Source: Methanobacteriota archaeon
Lineage (GTDB): Archaea > JAADCQ01 > Methanopyri > Methanopyrales > Methanopyraceae
Assembly (NCBI GenBank): GCA_027064305.1
Contig: JAMOPY010000030.1
Location: 1 to 38,472, forward strand
DNA length: 38,472 bases
Reading direction: 5' to 3'
Made by a program: the position numbers and the translations under genes. The notes beneath the pieces are model-generated. The model worked only from the letters and a program-made list of their open reading frames with translations. It searched no databases and was not told the origin of the DNA. Positions 1 through 9,711 of the stretch are shown piece by piece. Each line of letters begins with the position of its first letter. The first letter of the stretch is position 1.

Positions 1-1
1 T

Positions 2-355
2 GGCGGGGAGGACGCCCGACATCGCCTGGCCGAGCAGGACCGCCGCGGCCGCCCCTCCCACCGCCGAGTGCAGGGTCGAGGCGACCGGATCGTCGGAGAG
101 CTTGCGTCGGAGCGCCTCCGCCACGGTCAGCTCGCCGATGACGGCGGCAAGGGCGGCCACGTACGGGTGCCCGAGAAGCAGCGTGCCGGCCAGGATACCG
201 GAGACCATGGACGTGGCCGGGATCCCGTATCGCTCCGCGCAGACGCCGGTGACGGCGAGCAGGAACGCGGCGTGGAGGGTCCAGGTCACGGGAAGCAGCG
301 GTAGGAGGAGGGGTGGAAGGGCGGAAAAAAGGGCCCGGTGAACCGCCCTCCCCAA
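2..355 (-). CDS. Hypothetical membrane protein (5' part; runs off window start)
   Basis: Manual translation from TTG at 355: MGRAVHRALFSALPPLLLPLLPVTWTLHAAFLLAVTGVC...VSGILAGTLLLGHPYVAALAAVIG...; open to the window edge, several hydrophobic segments, starts 5 nt after the PAC2 stop. Confidence 0.6.
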   Translation of the reverse strand, partial: MGRAVHRALFSALPPLLLPLLPVTWTLHAAFLLAVTGVCAERYGIPATSMVSGILAGTLLLGHPYVAALAAVIGELTVAEALRRKLSDDPVASTLHSAVGGAAAAVLLGQAMSGVLPA

Positions 356-360
356 CGACC

Positions 361-1182
361 TCACCCGATGTACCGTAGGTCTTCCTCGGGGTGCCCTTCC
401 TCCACCTCCTGCTGCTGCGCCTGCTGCAGCTCCTCCATGGACGGCATCTCCTCCAGCTGCTGCGAGACCTCCCGCTCGAACTTCTCCGCGCGCTTCCGCA
501 GCGAGTCCGCCTCCACCTCCACGCCCAGAATGTCGGACAGCTTCTCCACCACCGCCATGGCCGCGCGCGGGTCGACCAAGTGCCCCGGCGTCACGCCCAT
601 CAGGCAGGCACCGCGCATGCCCATGAGCTTGCCGAACCCCAGCAGCAGCCCCGAGGCCCCGACGATGTTACCGCCCCCGTTCCCGGTGCGGATCTCCACC
701 CCGTGCTCCTTCAGCAGGTCGACCATCTCCTTGTGCGTGGCCGCCCCGACCACCTTGGGCTCGGAGGGGAAGGTCCCGGTCCCCAGCCCCCCGAGCGTGA
801 AGATGGTCTCCGTTCCGAACTCCTTAACGGTGCTGAGGACCTTGATGGCCACCTCGTGCTGGCCGAGCTCGCCCTGCACCTGCGCCTTGCCCACGAGGAA
901 GATGATGTCCGGCTCGTCCGACCCGTCCGACTCGTACACGTAGAACTCGTTCTTCATGACCTCCACGATCCCGTCCTGATTCACGGAGACCTGGGGCGGG
1001 AAGTAGGGCGAGTACAGCTCCCCGAACTTCTCCGCGCCCAGGTCCTCGATCATGGCCTCCGCCGCGAGCTTGCCCACGTGTCCGATGCCGGGCAGGCCCT
1101 CCACCAGCACGGGTTTCTCCACGTCCGGCTCGAACTCGAGCCGGATGACGGTGCTCCCGCGGGCGAGCTTTAAGAGGTCCAT
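361..1182 (-). CDS. PAC2-family proteasome assembly chaperone
   Basis: Motifs LVEGLPGIGHVGKLA, YSPYFPPQV, IFTLGG, GNIVGASGLLLG, GHLVDPRAA; ATG at 1182 follows the nop10 stop; usual position after nop10. Confidence 0.9.
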   Translation of the reverse strand: MDLLKLARGSTVIRLEFEPDVEKPVLVEGLPGIGHVGKLAAEAMIEDLGAEKFGELYSPYFPPQVSVNQDGIVEVMKNEFYVYESDGSDEPDIIFLVGKAQVQGELGQHEVAIKVLSTVKEFGTETIFTLGGLGTGTFPSEPKVVGAATHKEMVDLLKEHGVEIRTGNGGGNIVGASGLLLGFGKLMGMRGACLMGVTPGHLVDPRAAMAVVEKLSDILGVEVEADSLRKRAEKFEREVSQQLEEMPSMEELQQAQQQEVEEGHPEEDLRYIG

Positions 1183-1184
1183 CG

Positions 1185-1388
1185 TTACTCCCCCTCCCCC
1201 CTCGGGGGAGGCCCGAACTTCTTGATCCACACCTTCTTTTTTAATCTCCTCCGATACTTACCGTACGGATCCTCCGGGGAGAATCGGGGCGGGTGGGGAA
1301 CCTCCACCTCGCCGCCGCAGTGCGGGCATCGGTCCCGCTGCAGGGTGTACTCGCCGCACTCCTTGCACCGTCGGAGCCGCTTGGGCAC
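1185..1388 (-). CDS. nop10: H/ACA RNP protein Nop10
   Basis: CKECGEYTL...CPHCGG zinc ribbon and PHPPRFSPEDPYGKYRR signature; GTG start 1388. Confidence 0.95.
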   Translation of the reverse strand: MPKRLRRCKECGEYTLQRDRCPHCGGEVEVPHPPRFSPEDPYGKYRRRLKKKVWIKKFGPPPRGEGE

Positions 1389-1392
1389 GCGG

Positions 1393-2199
1393 TCACCCCT
1401 CTTCGATCTCCCGGTGGAACTCGCCCTCCCCACCGTGCTCCTCCACGTACTCGATCGCCTCCCGCGCGGCCTCCCGAACCACCCGCTCCGCCGTCTTGTA
1501 GTCCGGCGCGTCCACCCGGATCCGGTACCGCGGCGCGCCGACGTACTGGACCTCCATCTTCACGTCCTCGTCCTCACCGTACCCCTCGATGCGCTGCAGC
1601 GCCTCCCGGATCACCTCCACCCCGTTCGGGGCCGGGCAGCTCAGGTCCACGTACGCCTCGATCTTCACCCGGCCCGGCTCGATGTTCTCGATCGCCAGCT
1701 CCGCCAGCTTCTCCGCCCACTCCTCCGGGATCCCCGCCTTCAGCAGCGGCTCCGCGCTCTGCTCCGAGGCCGCCCGCTCCAGCGCGTCGTACAGCGACCC
1801 GTACTCCTCGATCAGCCGGTACCCGGCCTCCTCGTACGCCTCGTCCAGGTCCTTCCCCAGCTCCTCCGCCGCCATCTCCAGCAGCTTCTCCGCCCGCTGC
1901 TCCCGCTTCCACTCCTTCAGCTTCTCCTTCCGCTGGTGGTCCGTGACCCGCCGCAGGGACAGGTTCACGTACTTCTTCTTCGGGTTGACCCGGATCACCT
2001 TCGCGACGACCTTCTGCCCCTCCTTCACGTGGTCCCGGATGTTCTTGACCCAGCCGCTCGCCACCTCCGAGATGTGGATGTAGCCCTCCACCTCCGGGTA
2101 CTCGTCCAGCGTGACGAAGGCCCCGTGATCCTCCACCCGCTCCACCGTGGCCATCACGACCTCGCCTTCCTCCGGCAGCTCCGAGAGCTTCCGGGGCAT
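1393..2199 (-). CDS. eif2a: Translation initiation factor aIF-2 alpha
   Basis: S1 domain LPEEGEVV...HISEVASGWVKNIRDHVKEGQ; C-terminal YVGAPRYRI. Confidence 0.97.
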   Translation of the reverse strand: MPRKLSELPEEGEVVMATVERVEDHGAFVTLDEYPEVEGYIHISEVASGWVKNIRDHVKEGQKVVAKVIRVNPKKKYVNLSLRRVTDHQRKEKLKEWKREQRAEKLLEMAAEELGKDLDEAYEEAGYRLIEEYGSLYDALERAASEQSAEPLLKAGIPEEWAEKLAELAIENIEPGRVKIEAYVDLSCPAPNGVEVIREALQRIEGYGEDEDVKMEVQYVGAPRYRIRVDAPDYKTAERVVREAAREAIEYVEEHGGEGEFHREIEEG

Positions 2200-2438
2200 T
2201 ACTCGAGAACCTCCTTGATCTTCGTCAGCACCCGAGCCTTACCGCCCGTCGGCTTCGCCAGCACCCGACCGCACACGTGGCACCGCACGACCGTGCTCGC
2301 GTTTCCGAAGATCACCTGCTCGTTCCCGCAGTCCACGCACTCTACCCTCAGGAACCGGCTTCGCGGCTGCGGAACCAGATCCGACTCCGTGAACCGCCTC
2401 AACAGCCGCTCCTCCTCCCGCTCGGCCACGGCTCCCAC
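2199..2438 (-). CDS. rps27e: 30S ribosomal protein S27e
   Basis: [20 protein letters not shown]...[16 protein letters not shown]. Confidence 0.96.
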   Translation of the reverse strand: MGAVAEREEERLLRRFTESDLVPQPRSRFLRVECVDCGNEQVIFGNASTVVRCHVCGRVLAKPTGGKARVLTKIKEVLE

Positions 2439-2441
2439 CCC

Positions 2442-2720
2442 CTACTCCTCGAACTCCAGCGTACCGGCCCGCCAACCCTTCCGCGTGTGCGCCTTACCGC
2501 ACTCCGTGCACCGGTACCGCAGGTCGACCTTCTTAGTGGGTTTCTCCCCGGACGGCTTCGGACGCGGGAAGCCGCCGTAACCCTTCAGGACCCGCTCGAA
2601 CTGCCGCTGACCCCACGCCATCTTCCGCGGCGGCCGCTTCTTGACCTTCTCGATCTCGTGCACCGTGTGCCTCCGGCAGTACGGGCAGTACGTCCGGATC
2701 TTCCGCGGCAGCTTGACCAT
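2442..2720 (-). CDS. rpl44e: 50S ribosomal protein L44e
   Basis: [12 protein letters not shown]...GYGGFPRP...[19 protein letters not shown]. Confidence 0.97.
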   Translation of the reverse strand: MVKLPRKIRTYCPYCRRHTVHEIEKVKKRPPRKMAWGQRQFERVLKGYGGFPRPKPSGEKPTKKVDLRYRCTECGKAHTRKGWRAGTLEFEE

Positions 2721-2735
2721 GCCCGAACGCCCCCG

Positions 2736-3581
2736 TTAACGCACCCTCCTCGCGAACGGGCCTCCCCACCGCTTCCCACGCTCCGACAGGATCCCGGCGG
2801 CCGTCTCACCCACCACCAATAAATCTCCCGCCCGAGCGTCCGGAACCACCGCCCCCGTATCCGGATCCACGAACCGCGGGAGCCGATCCCGCGCTACGCA
2901 CACCTCCAACTCCGGCTCCGGCTCCGCCCGATCCTCCCCGAACTCCAGCCACCCGTCCTCGGACTCCCCTTCCTCCTCCCCGCCCTCGTCCCCGGACTCC
3001 TCCTCCGGGACCGCGTCGAACCCCAGCCCGTCCAGGTACCGCTCCGCCCACTCCCGCACCCGCTCGTCCCACAGCAGCGGGACCAGGAACGCCGCCTCCT
3101 CCGCCAGCAGCTCCGACTCCATCAGCCGGCCCTTCCAGGAGTTCAGCCGGGCGCGCTCCCCGGAGAACCTGACGGCCAGCCAGCTCAGCACGTAGATCCG
3201 GGCGCACGCGTACTTCCCCAGCGCCTTCCGGACCCTCAGCACGTCCTCCCGCCGCTCCTCCAGCTCCTCCTCGAGCGCGCGCAGGATCGCGTCCAGCTCC
3301 CGGTAGCTCCTCACCTCCCCCTCCTCCACCCCGAGGGCGTCCCGGAGCAGGTCCGGGCTCAGCCGGTCGAAGTAGTGGTGGACCAGGCTGAGGAGGAGCT
3401 CCCGCCGGCGCCGGATCTCCCGAGCGTCGTCCTTGGCCGAGATCTCACCCATGCGCGGGTTCGCGTTCTCCCAGGCCTTGTCCACCCGCTTGGCGAAGTC
3501 CACGAGGTCCTCCAGGATGGCCTCCGGGTCCTTTCGCTCGAAGAGCTCTCGGCACGCCTCCCGGGCCTCCGGCACGGTCAA
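2736..3581 (-). CDS. Probable GINS subunit (Gins51/Gins15-like), divergent
   Basis: Helical N-domain, acidic linker, C-terminal B-domain-like LPRFVDPDTGAVV...AGDLLVVGETAAGILSERG; upstream of rpl44e-rps27e-aIF2a-nop10 where Gins15 usually lies; start uncertain. Confidence 0.65.
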   Translation of the reverse strand: MTVPEAREACRELFERKDPEAILEDLVDFAKRVDKAWENANPRMGEISAKDDAREIRRRRELLLSLVHHYFDRLSPDLLRDALGVEEGEVRSYRELDAILRALEEELEERREDVLRVRKALGKYACARIYVLSWLAVRFSGERARLNSWKGRLMESELLAEEAAFLVPLLWDERVREWAERYLDGLGFDAVPEEESGDEGGEEEGESEDGWLEFGEDRAEPEPELEVCVARDRLPRFVDPDTGAVVPDARAGDLLVVGETAAGILSERGKRWGGPFARRVR

Positions 3582-3607
3582 TCTTTTTACCCCCGCCCGA
3601 CCGGGCC

Positions 3608-4717
3608 GTGCCCAAGCCGGGGGTGCGCGCGTTGGGTCGCGGAGGACGCAGGAATCCGGGTCGACCGAGGCGCGGCTCGCTGGCGTTCAGCCCGCGCAAG
3701 CGCGCGTCCCGTCCGGTCCCCCGGATCCGCAGCTGGCCGGACGAGGACAAGGTGCGGGTCCAGGGGTTCGCGGGCTACAAGGCGGGCATGACGCACGTGA
3801 TCATGATCGACGACTGGCCGAACAGCCCGACGGAGGGCGAGGAGATCGCGGTCCCGGTCACCGTGCTGGACGCGCCGCCCCTGTACGTCGCGGCCGTGCG
3901 GGCGTACGCGGCGACGCCGGACGGGTACAAGTGCCTGACGGAGGCGTGGGCGGAGCTTCCGGAGGAGCTGGAGATGGACCGCGTCTTCACGGTGCCTAAG
4001 GACGGGACGGCGGGCGACCTGGACGAGATCGAGGAGCTGGTGGACGAGGGCGTCGTGGACGAGATCCGCGTGATCGTGGCGACCCAGCCCAAGAAGGCGG
4101 GCGTGCCGAAGAAGAAGCCGGACGTGATGGAGTACCGGATCGGCGGTCGGGACGTGCGGGAGCGGTTCGAGTACGCGGTGGAGATCCTGGGCGAGGAGAT
4201 TCGGGCCAGCGACGTGTTCGAGGAGGGCGAGATCGTCGACGTCTCCGGCATCACGAAGGGCAAGGGCTTCCAGGGCGTGGTCAAGCGCTGGGGCGTCACG
4301 ATCCAGGACCGGAAGGCCCAGCGGAAGCAGAAGGGCCGGCACGTGGGCTCGATCGGCCCGATCACGCCCTCGCGCGTGCGCTGGACGGTCCCGATGGCCG
4401 GTCAGATGGGGTACCACCAGCGGACCGAGCACAACAAGCGGATCCTGAAGATCGGGGAGAACGGCGAGGAGGTCACGCCGAAGGGCGGCTTCGTGAACTA
4501 CGGCGTCGTGCGCGGGGACTACATCCTGATCCACGGGACCGTGCCCGGCCCGAAGAAGCGCCTGATCCGGCTGCGGCCCGCGGTCCGACCGCCGAAGAAC
4601 GCGCCGAAGGGCGCGCCGGAGATCCTGTACATCAGCCGGACGTCGCAGCAGGGCGTCCGGCCGAAGGCCTCCGAGGAGGACATCCTCGAGCAGTTGGGCG
4701 GCACCGCCAGCGCGTAG
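3608..4717 (+). CDS. rpl3: 50S ribosomal protein L3
   Basis: RPRRGSLAFSPRKRA, GFAGYKAGMTH, TKGKGFQGVVKRWG, AGQMGYHQRTEHNK. Confidence 0.98.
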   Translation: MPKPGVRALGRGGRRNPGRPRRGSLAFSPRKRASRPVPRIRSWPDEDKVRVQGFAGYKAGMTHVIMIDDWPNSPTEGEEIAVPVTVLDAPPLYVAAVRAYAATPDGYKCLTEAWAELPEELEMDRVFTVPKDGTAGDLDEIEELVDEGVVDEIRVIVATQPKKAGVPKKKPDVMEYRIGGRDVRERFEYAVEILGEEIRASDVFEEGEIVDVSGITKGKGFQGVVKRWGVTIQDRKAQRKQKGRHVGSIGPITPSRVRWTVPMAGQMGYHQRTEHNKRILKIGENGEEVTPKGGFVNYGVVRGDYILIHGTVPGPKKRLIRLRPAVRPPKNAPKGAPEILYISRTSQQGVRPKASEEDILEQLGGTASA

Positions 4718-4729
4718 GGGGGTCGCACC

Positions 4730-5512
4730 GTGAAGGTCCCCGTGTTCGACCTGGAGGGCGAGCGGGTGGACGAGCTCGAGCTGCCGGCGTTCTTCGAGGA
4801 GCCCGTACGGAAGGACCTCATCCGACGCGTGGTCCTGGCGTTCCAGGCGAACCGGCGGCAGCCCTACGGCACGGACCCGCGCGCGGGCATGCGCACGAGC
4901 GCGGAGTCGTGGGGCGCGGGCCACGGCGTCGCGATGGTGCCCAGGATCAAGGGCAGCCGGCACCCCGCCGCCGGGCGCGGCGCCCGCGTCGCCCAGACCG
5001 TCGGCGGGCGCAAGGCCCACCCGCCGAAGCCGGAGAAGGACTGGAGCCAGCGGGTGAACCGGCGGGAGAAGCGCGCCGCCCTCCGCTCCGCCCTGGCGGC
5101 CACCGCCAAGCCCGAGTTCGTGGAGGCCCGGGGCCACATCATCGACGAGGTCCCGGAGCTGCCCCTAGTCGTCGTGGACGAGCTGCGGGGGCTGCGGAGG
5201 GCCCGGGAGGTGCGGGAGTTCTTCCAGAACCTGGGCCTCTGGGCCGACGTGGAGCGGGCCAAGCGGAAGCGCCGCATCCGGGCCGGTAAGGGCAAGCGGC
5301 GCGGTCGTCGGTACGTTAAGCCGAAGAGCGTCCTGATCGTCGTGGACGAGTTCGAGGGCATCGAGCTCGGCGCCCGGAACCACCCCGGCGTGGACGTGGT
5401 CCGGGCGATGGAGCTCAACGTCGAGCACCTCGCCCCCGGCACCCACCCCGGCCGGCTGACCGTGTACACGCCCTCCGCGATCGAGGTCCTGGAGGAGCGG
5501 CTGGGCGAGTAG
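4730..5512 (+). CDS. rpl4: 50S ribosomal protein L4
   Basis: [45 protein letters not shown]. Confidence 0.98.
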   Translation: MKVPVFDLEGERVDELELPAFFEEPVRKDLIRRVVLAFQANRRQPYGTDPRAGMRTSAESWGAGHGVAMVPRIKGSRHPAAGRGARVAQTVGGRKAHPPKPEKDWSQRVNRREKRAALRSALAATAKPEFVEARGHIIDEVPELPLVVVDELRGLRRAREVREFFQNLGLWADVERAKRKRRIRAGKGKRRGRRYVKPKSVLIVVDEFEGIELGARNHPGVDVVRAMELNVEHLAPGTHPGRLTVYTPSAIEVLEERLGE

Positions 5513-5525
5513 GGGGAACGTCCAC

Positions 5526-5813
5526 ATGGCCAAGCGCCGCGGCCCGCGCATCGAGGACCCGCACGACGTCCTCCTGTACCCGCTGGCGACGGAGAAGGCC
5601 ATGCGCCTGCTCGAGGCGGAGAACAAGCTCACCTTCATCGTCCGACGCGACGCGAACAAGCCGATGATCAAGCGGGCCGTCGAGGAGCTCTTCGACGTCG
5701 AGGTCGAGAAGGTGAACACCCTCATCACGCCCACCGGCGAGAAGAAGGCCTACGTCAAGCTGAAGCCCGAGTACCGGGCCGAGGACGTCGCCGTGGAGCT
5801 GGGCATCCTCTAG
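5526..5813 (+). CDS. rpl23: 50S ribosomal protein L23
   Basis: [22 protein letters not shown]...[18 protein letters not shown]. Confidence 0.98.
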   Translation: MAKRRGPRIEDPHDVLLYPLATEKAMRLLEAENKLTFIVRRDANKPMIKRAVEELFDVEVEKVNTLITPTGEKKAYVKLKPEYRAEDVAVELGIL

Positions 5814-5826
5814 GGGGGTGCTCCCC

Positions 5827-6558
5827 GTGGGCAAGCGCATCCGACCCCAGCGCCTCGGTCGCGGCTCCCCCACCTACCGGGCCCCCTCGCACCGCTACCG
5901 CGGTCGCGCGGGGCACCGGCCCTACGACAAGAGGGAGAAGGAGGGCAAGGTGGTCGGCAAGGTCGTCGAGCTCCTCCACGACCCCGCCCGGAACGCCCCC
6001 GTCGCCCGCGTGCGCTTCGAGGACGGCGAGGAGCGCCTGGTCCTGGTGCCCGAGGGCACCAAGGTGGGCGACACCATCGAGTGCGGCGTCTCCGCCGAGA
6101 TCAAACCGGGCAACACCCTGCCCCTGGCGGAGATCCCCGAGGGCGTCCCCATCTTCAACATCGAGGGCCGGCCCGGGGACGGCGGTAAGTTCGCCCGCGC
6201 CCCGGGCTGCTACGCGACCATCGTGGCGCACGACGTCGGCCGAACCTACGTCCAGCTGCCCTCCGGCAAGGTTCGCGCCTTCGACCCCCGCTGCCGCGCG
6301 ACCATCGGCGTGATGGCGGGCGGCGGCAAGCGCGAGAAGCCCTTCGTCAAGGCCGGCAAGAAGTACCACCACATGCGCTCGAAGGGCGGCAAGTGGCCCA
6401 AGGTGCGCGGCGTGGCGATGAACGCCGTCGACCACCCGTTCGGCGGCGGCAACCACCAGAGCCCCGGCAAGCCGACGACCGTCGCCCGCGGCGCGCCGCC
6501 CGGGCAGAAGGTCGGACACATCGCGGCCCGGAAGACGGGCCGAGGCGGCCGCCGCTAA
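5827..6558 (+). CDS. rpl2: 50S ribosomal protein L2
   Basis: GKRIRPQRLGRGS, HDPARNAP, WPKVRGVAMNAVDHPFGGG; GTG at 5827 follows a GGGGGTG SD (alternative start 5818). Confidence 0.98.
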   Translation: MGKRIRPQRLGRGSPTYRAPSHRYRGRAGHRPYDKREKEGKVVGKVVELLHDPARNAPVARVRFEDGEERLVLVPEGTKVGDTIECGVSAEIKPGNTLPLAEIPEGVPIFNIEGRPGDGGKFARAPGCYATIVAHDVGRTYVQLPSGKVRAFDPRCRATIGVMAGGGKREKPFVKAGKKYHHMRSKGGKWPKVRGVAMNAVDHPFGGGNHQSPGKPTTVARGAPPGQKVGHIAARKTGRGGRR

Positions 6559-6570
6559 CGCCCCCTCGGA

Positions 6571-6578
6571 CTTCTTTT
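6571..6578 (+). terminator. Possible oligo-pyrimidine terminator of the rpl3-rpl2 operon
   Basis: CTTCTTTT 12 nt after the rpl2 stop in otherwise GC-rich DNA. Confidence 0.4.
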
Positions 6579-6657
6579 CCCCCGCGCCCGTCGTCCCCAC
6601 CCGGCGGACGCCCCCGGCCTCCCCGACCGCGCTGTTTCTTCGAGGAGGGGAGCCCGG

Positions 6658-7194
6658 TTGATCGCGATCCTCGTCGACGACGGGTTCGAGGAGCTGGAGC
6701 TGGGCGCGGCGATCAGCGTGCTCTCCCGGGGCGGGCTGAACTGGGAGCTGGTGGGTGTGGAGGAGCGCGCGGAGGGTGCGGGCGGGCTCCGGCTCGACGT
6801 GGACGTCACCGTGTGGGAGGCGAGCGGGGAGCGCTACGAGGCCGTCATCGTCCCCGGCGGGACCTCGCCCACGACGCTCTCGGGCTACCGGCGGTGCCTG
6901 GAGCTGGTGCGGTCGGTGCGCGAGCGGGGGCTGGTCGTGGGCCTGTCCGCGGGCGCGCTGGTGCTGGCGGAGGCGGGCGTGCTGGAGGGGCGGCGGGCCA
7001 CGACCTACCCGGGCCTGGAGGCGGAGCTGCGGACGCGGGGCGCGGAGCCGGTGGAGCGGGGGCTGGTGCGGGACGGGCGGGTGATCACGACCCGCGGGCC
7101 CGCGTTCGCCGTCGACGCGTGCCTGGAGGTGGTGCGGGAGCTCGCGGGCGATCACCTGGCGAACTCGGTCGCCCGACAGCTTATTCTCAAGTGA
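6658..7194 (+). CDS. DJ-1/PfpI family protein (nucleophile Cys replaced by Ser)
   Basis: IAILVDDGFEELE, AVIVPGG, GLSAGALVL, GRRATTYP, DGRVITTRGP. Confidence 0.9.
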   Translation: MIAILVDDGFEELELGAAISVLSRGGLNWELVGVEERAEGAGGLRLDVDVTVWEASGERYEAVIVPGGTSPTTLSGYRRCLELVRSVRERGLVVGLSAGALVLAEAGVLEGRRATTYPGLEAELRTRGAEPVERGLVRDGRVITTRGPAFAVDACLEVVRELAGDHLANSVARQLILK

Positions 7195-9224
7195 GCGCGC
7201 CCTCATCCCCGACAACCCGCGCGCGGGTGCGCGGGATCGTGATCGTCGTCGGCGTGGACCTCGTTCGGAAGGACCCGCCCGAGTACGCGATCACCGTGCT
7301 CGAGGACGATGAGGTCGTGCTGCAGCGGCGCCTGTCCCGGGAGGACCTCCTGGACCTGCTTCTGTCCCTGGAGCCCGACGTGCTGGCCGTGGACGACGTG
7401 CACGAGCTCCTGGACGGGCTGGGCGAGCTGCGGGAGCTCGTGAAGGCGCACCCCACCCTGCGCGTGGTGCAGGTGACGGGGTCGCCCGGGGAGCAGCGGT
7501 CGCTCCAGCGGCTGGCCCGGGAGCACGGGCTCCCCGTCCCGGACCCGAAGAGCCCGGAGGAGGAGTCCGAGGCGTGCGCCCGGCTGGCCCGGATGGGCGT
7601 GGGCAGCGAGGTCTTCGTGCTGGAGGACGAGACCCGGATCCGGATCGGCCGGGCGCGCCGGCCCGGGCAGGGGGGCTTCAGCCAGTCCCGGTACGCCCGG
7701 AACCTGCACGCGGCGGTCAAGCGCGCGACCCGGGAGCTCCGCGCGGCGCTGGAGCGGGAGGGGATCGACTACGACCTGAACGTGCGGAGGGCGGAGGGCG
7801 GGTACGCCTCCGCCGAGTTCGTGGTGTACGAGCGCTACGACCGGGTCAAGCCCCTCGTGGACCGCGTGGACACCTCGGAGGTGAAGGTGCGGGTCGAGCC
7901 GGTCCTGAAGGATCGGATCACGTTCCGCGGGGACTCGCACCGGCGGGAGCTGCTCACGGTGGGCGTGGACCCGGGCTCGACGACCGCGGTCGCCGTGCTC
8001 AACGCCGACGGGTCGGTCATCCACCTGGAGAGCTCGCGGAACCTCTCCCCCAGCGAGATCGTGGAGCGGGTGGAGTCCCTGGGCCGTCCGGTGGTCGTGG
8101 CCACGGACGTCTCGCCGGTCCCCACCGCCGTGGAGCGGCTGGCCCGGGCGCTGGGGGCTAAGCTGTACCGGCCCAAGCGGAGCCTCTCGGTGGACGAGAA
8201 GCGGGAGCTGGTGAAGGGCCACCTGGCCAAGCTGGACGAGCGGGTGCGGCCCAAGGACACGCACCAGCGGGACGCGCTCGCGGCCGCGATCAAGGCGTAC
8301 CACACGCTGGTCAAGCCCACGATCGAGAAGGTGGAGCGGCGGGCGCCGGAGGACGCCAAGCGGCGGGACGTGATCAAGGCGGCCGGGTACGTGATCAAGG
8401 GACTCCCGGTCTCCGACGCGCTCAAGATCGTGAGCGAGGAGCGCGAGATCGAGCGCCGGCGCCGGGAGGATCGGGCCCGGGTGGACCGGTACCGGCGCCG
8501 GGTGCGCGCGCTGGAGCGGGAGCTGGAGGCGAAGGAGCGCAAGCTCGAGGAGTACGAGCGCGAGGTGAGGTACCTGGAGCGGCTCGTGAGGCGCCTCAAG
8601 CGGGAGAACCGGGAGCTGCGGGAGCGGCTGGAGTCGCTGCAGGAGCGCATCGACGAGCTCGTGGAGGAGCGCGTGGAACGGCGGCTGAAGGCGAAGGAGC
8701 GGGAGCTGCAGCGCCTCCGCCGGGAGCTCAACCGGGAGAAGTCCCGACGGCAGGAGCTGGAGCGTCGGCTGCGGCGGGCGGAGCGCCTCAACGCCATCCT
8801 CCGCTCGGGCCGGGGCGTCCCGGTGGTCGAGGTGGAGAAGGCCTCCCACGAGGCGCTCTCGGACCTGGAGACGCCCCCGGTGTTCGCCCTCTACGTGCGG
8901 GATCCCAGCGGGATGAGCGAGTCGAACGTCCGGGAGCTGCGGGAGCTCGGGCCCGAGGCCGTGATCGTGCCCGACGAGTCCACCGTGCCGGACCCCGCCC
9001 GGGACGCGTTCCGGGAGCTGGAGCTCCCGCTGCTGGAGGAGGGGAGGGACGTGACCGTCAAGCGCGCCGGCACGCTGGCCCTCGTCGAGTCGGACGAGCT
9101 CCGGCGGGCGATCGAGCGCGTGCGGGAGCGCTGGCGCGAGGAGGAGCGGGAGGAGCGCCGGGAGGAGCTCGTCCGCATCATCGAGGAGTACCAGCGCAAG
9201 CGCCGCGAGCACTTCGCCCGATGA
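7191..9224 (+). CDS. DUF460 / COG2433-like protein (predicted RNase H-fold domains plus long coiled coil)
   Basis: VVGVDL..., RRPGQGGFSQSRYAR, VGVDPGSTTAVAVL, HQRDALAAA, then E/R-rich heptads; start either GTG 7191 (GTGA overlap with the upstream stop) or GTG 7239. Confidence 0.85.
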   Translation: MSAPSSPTTRARVRGIVIVVGVDLVRKDPPEYAITVLEDDEVVLQRRLSREDLLDLLLSLEPDVLAVDDVHELLDGLGELRELVKAHPTLRVVQVTGSPGEQRSLQRLAREHGLPVPDPKSPEEESEACARLARMGVGSEVFVLEDETRIRIGRARRPGQGGFSQSRYARNLHAAVKRATRELRAALEREGIDYDLNVRRAEGGYASAEFVVYERYDRVKPLVDRVDTSEVKVRVEPVLKDRITFRGDSHRRELLTVGVDPGSTTAVAVLNADGSVIHLESSRNLSPSEIVERVESLGRPVVVATDVSPVPTAVERLARALGAKLYRPKRSLSVDEKRELVKGHLAKLDERVRPKDTHQRDALAAAIKAYHTLVKPTIEKVERRAPEDAKRRDVIKAAGYVIKGLPVSDALKIVSEEREIERRRREDRARVDRYRRRVRALERELEAKERKLEEYEREVRYLERLVRRLKRENRELRERLESLQERIDELVEERVERRLKAKERELQRLRRELNREKSRRQELERRLRRAERLNAILRSGRGVPVVEVEKASHEALSDLETPPVFALYVRDPSGMSESNVRELRELGPEAVIVPDESTVPDPARDAFRELELPLLEEGRDVTVKRAGTLALVESDELRRAIERVRERWREEEREERREELVRIIEEYQRKRREHFAR

Positions 9225-9711
9225 CCCGGCGCAGCAGGGCCCGGTACGACCGCAGATCCTCCGGGTGGTCCGCGTCCACCGCCGGAACCTCCACGCCGGT
9301 GGAGCCCAGCCGCCGCAGCAGCCCCCGCACGGACCGCGCCCGGGGCGCCCGACCGTTCGCCCTCAGGAGCATCGGGAACAGCGTGCCCCGGACGTGCCGC
9401 GGCACCGGGTCGCACCGGGCGAAGGCCTCCGGGTCGAACGCCACGTCGCAGGCGGTCACGCACACGAGCTCCCCGTCGAACGCCCGCAGCACGGCCCGCA
9501 CGCCGCCCGCGGGACCCACCCCCTCGTCCCGGATGACCGGACCGTCCCAGCGCGCGTCCCGGACGGGGGCGACCGCGTAGATCTCCTCGCACCCCACCAT
9601 CCGCAGCAACCGCACCGCCCACTCGACTAGCGGCCGCCCCTCCACCGTCACCCAGGGCTTATCACCACCGATCCGCCGACCGCGTCCCCCGATCAGCACC
9701 GCGCCGATCAT
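9178..9711 (-). CDS. MobA-like NTP transferase (molybdenum/tungsten cofactor guanylyltransferase family)
   Basis: MIGAVLIGGRGRRIGGDKP, GPAGGV, TACD, DADHPEDL; ATG at 9711 overlaps the upstream stop. Confidence 0.75.
   Translation of the reverse strand: MIGAVLIGGRGRRIGGDKPWVTVEGRPLVEWAVRLLRMVGCEEIYAVAPVRDARWDGPVIRDEGVGPAGGVRAVLRAFDGELVCVTACDVAFDPEAFARCDPVPRHVRGTLFPMLLRANGRAPRARSVRGLLRRLGSTGVEVPAVDADHPEDLRSYRALLRRVIGRSARGACAGTPR

Noticed and set aside
6559-6657. Possible sRNA in the gap after rpl2 (CCCCTC/GAGGGG ends, CCGA motifs)
   Set aside because: No convincing box C or ACA and wrong guide spacing; explained by a terminator plus the SD of the next gene
7160-7212. Minus-strand ATGAGGG...CCGA C/D-like pair
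   Set aside because: Only about 42 nt between box ends, poor C' box, no terminal stem
8440-8790. Repetitive GAGCGG/GAGCTG tracts
   Set aside because: Coiled-coil coding sequence (Glu/Arg/Leu), not a DNA repeat or CRISPR array
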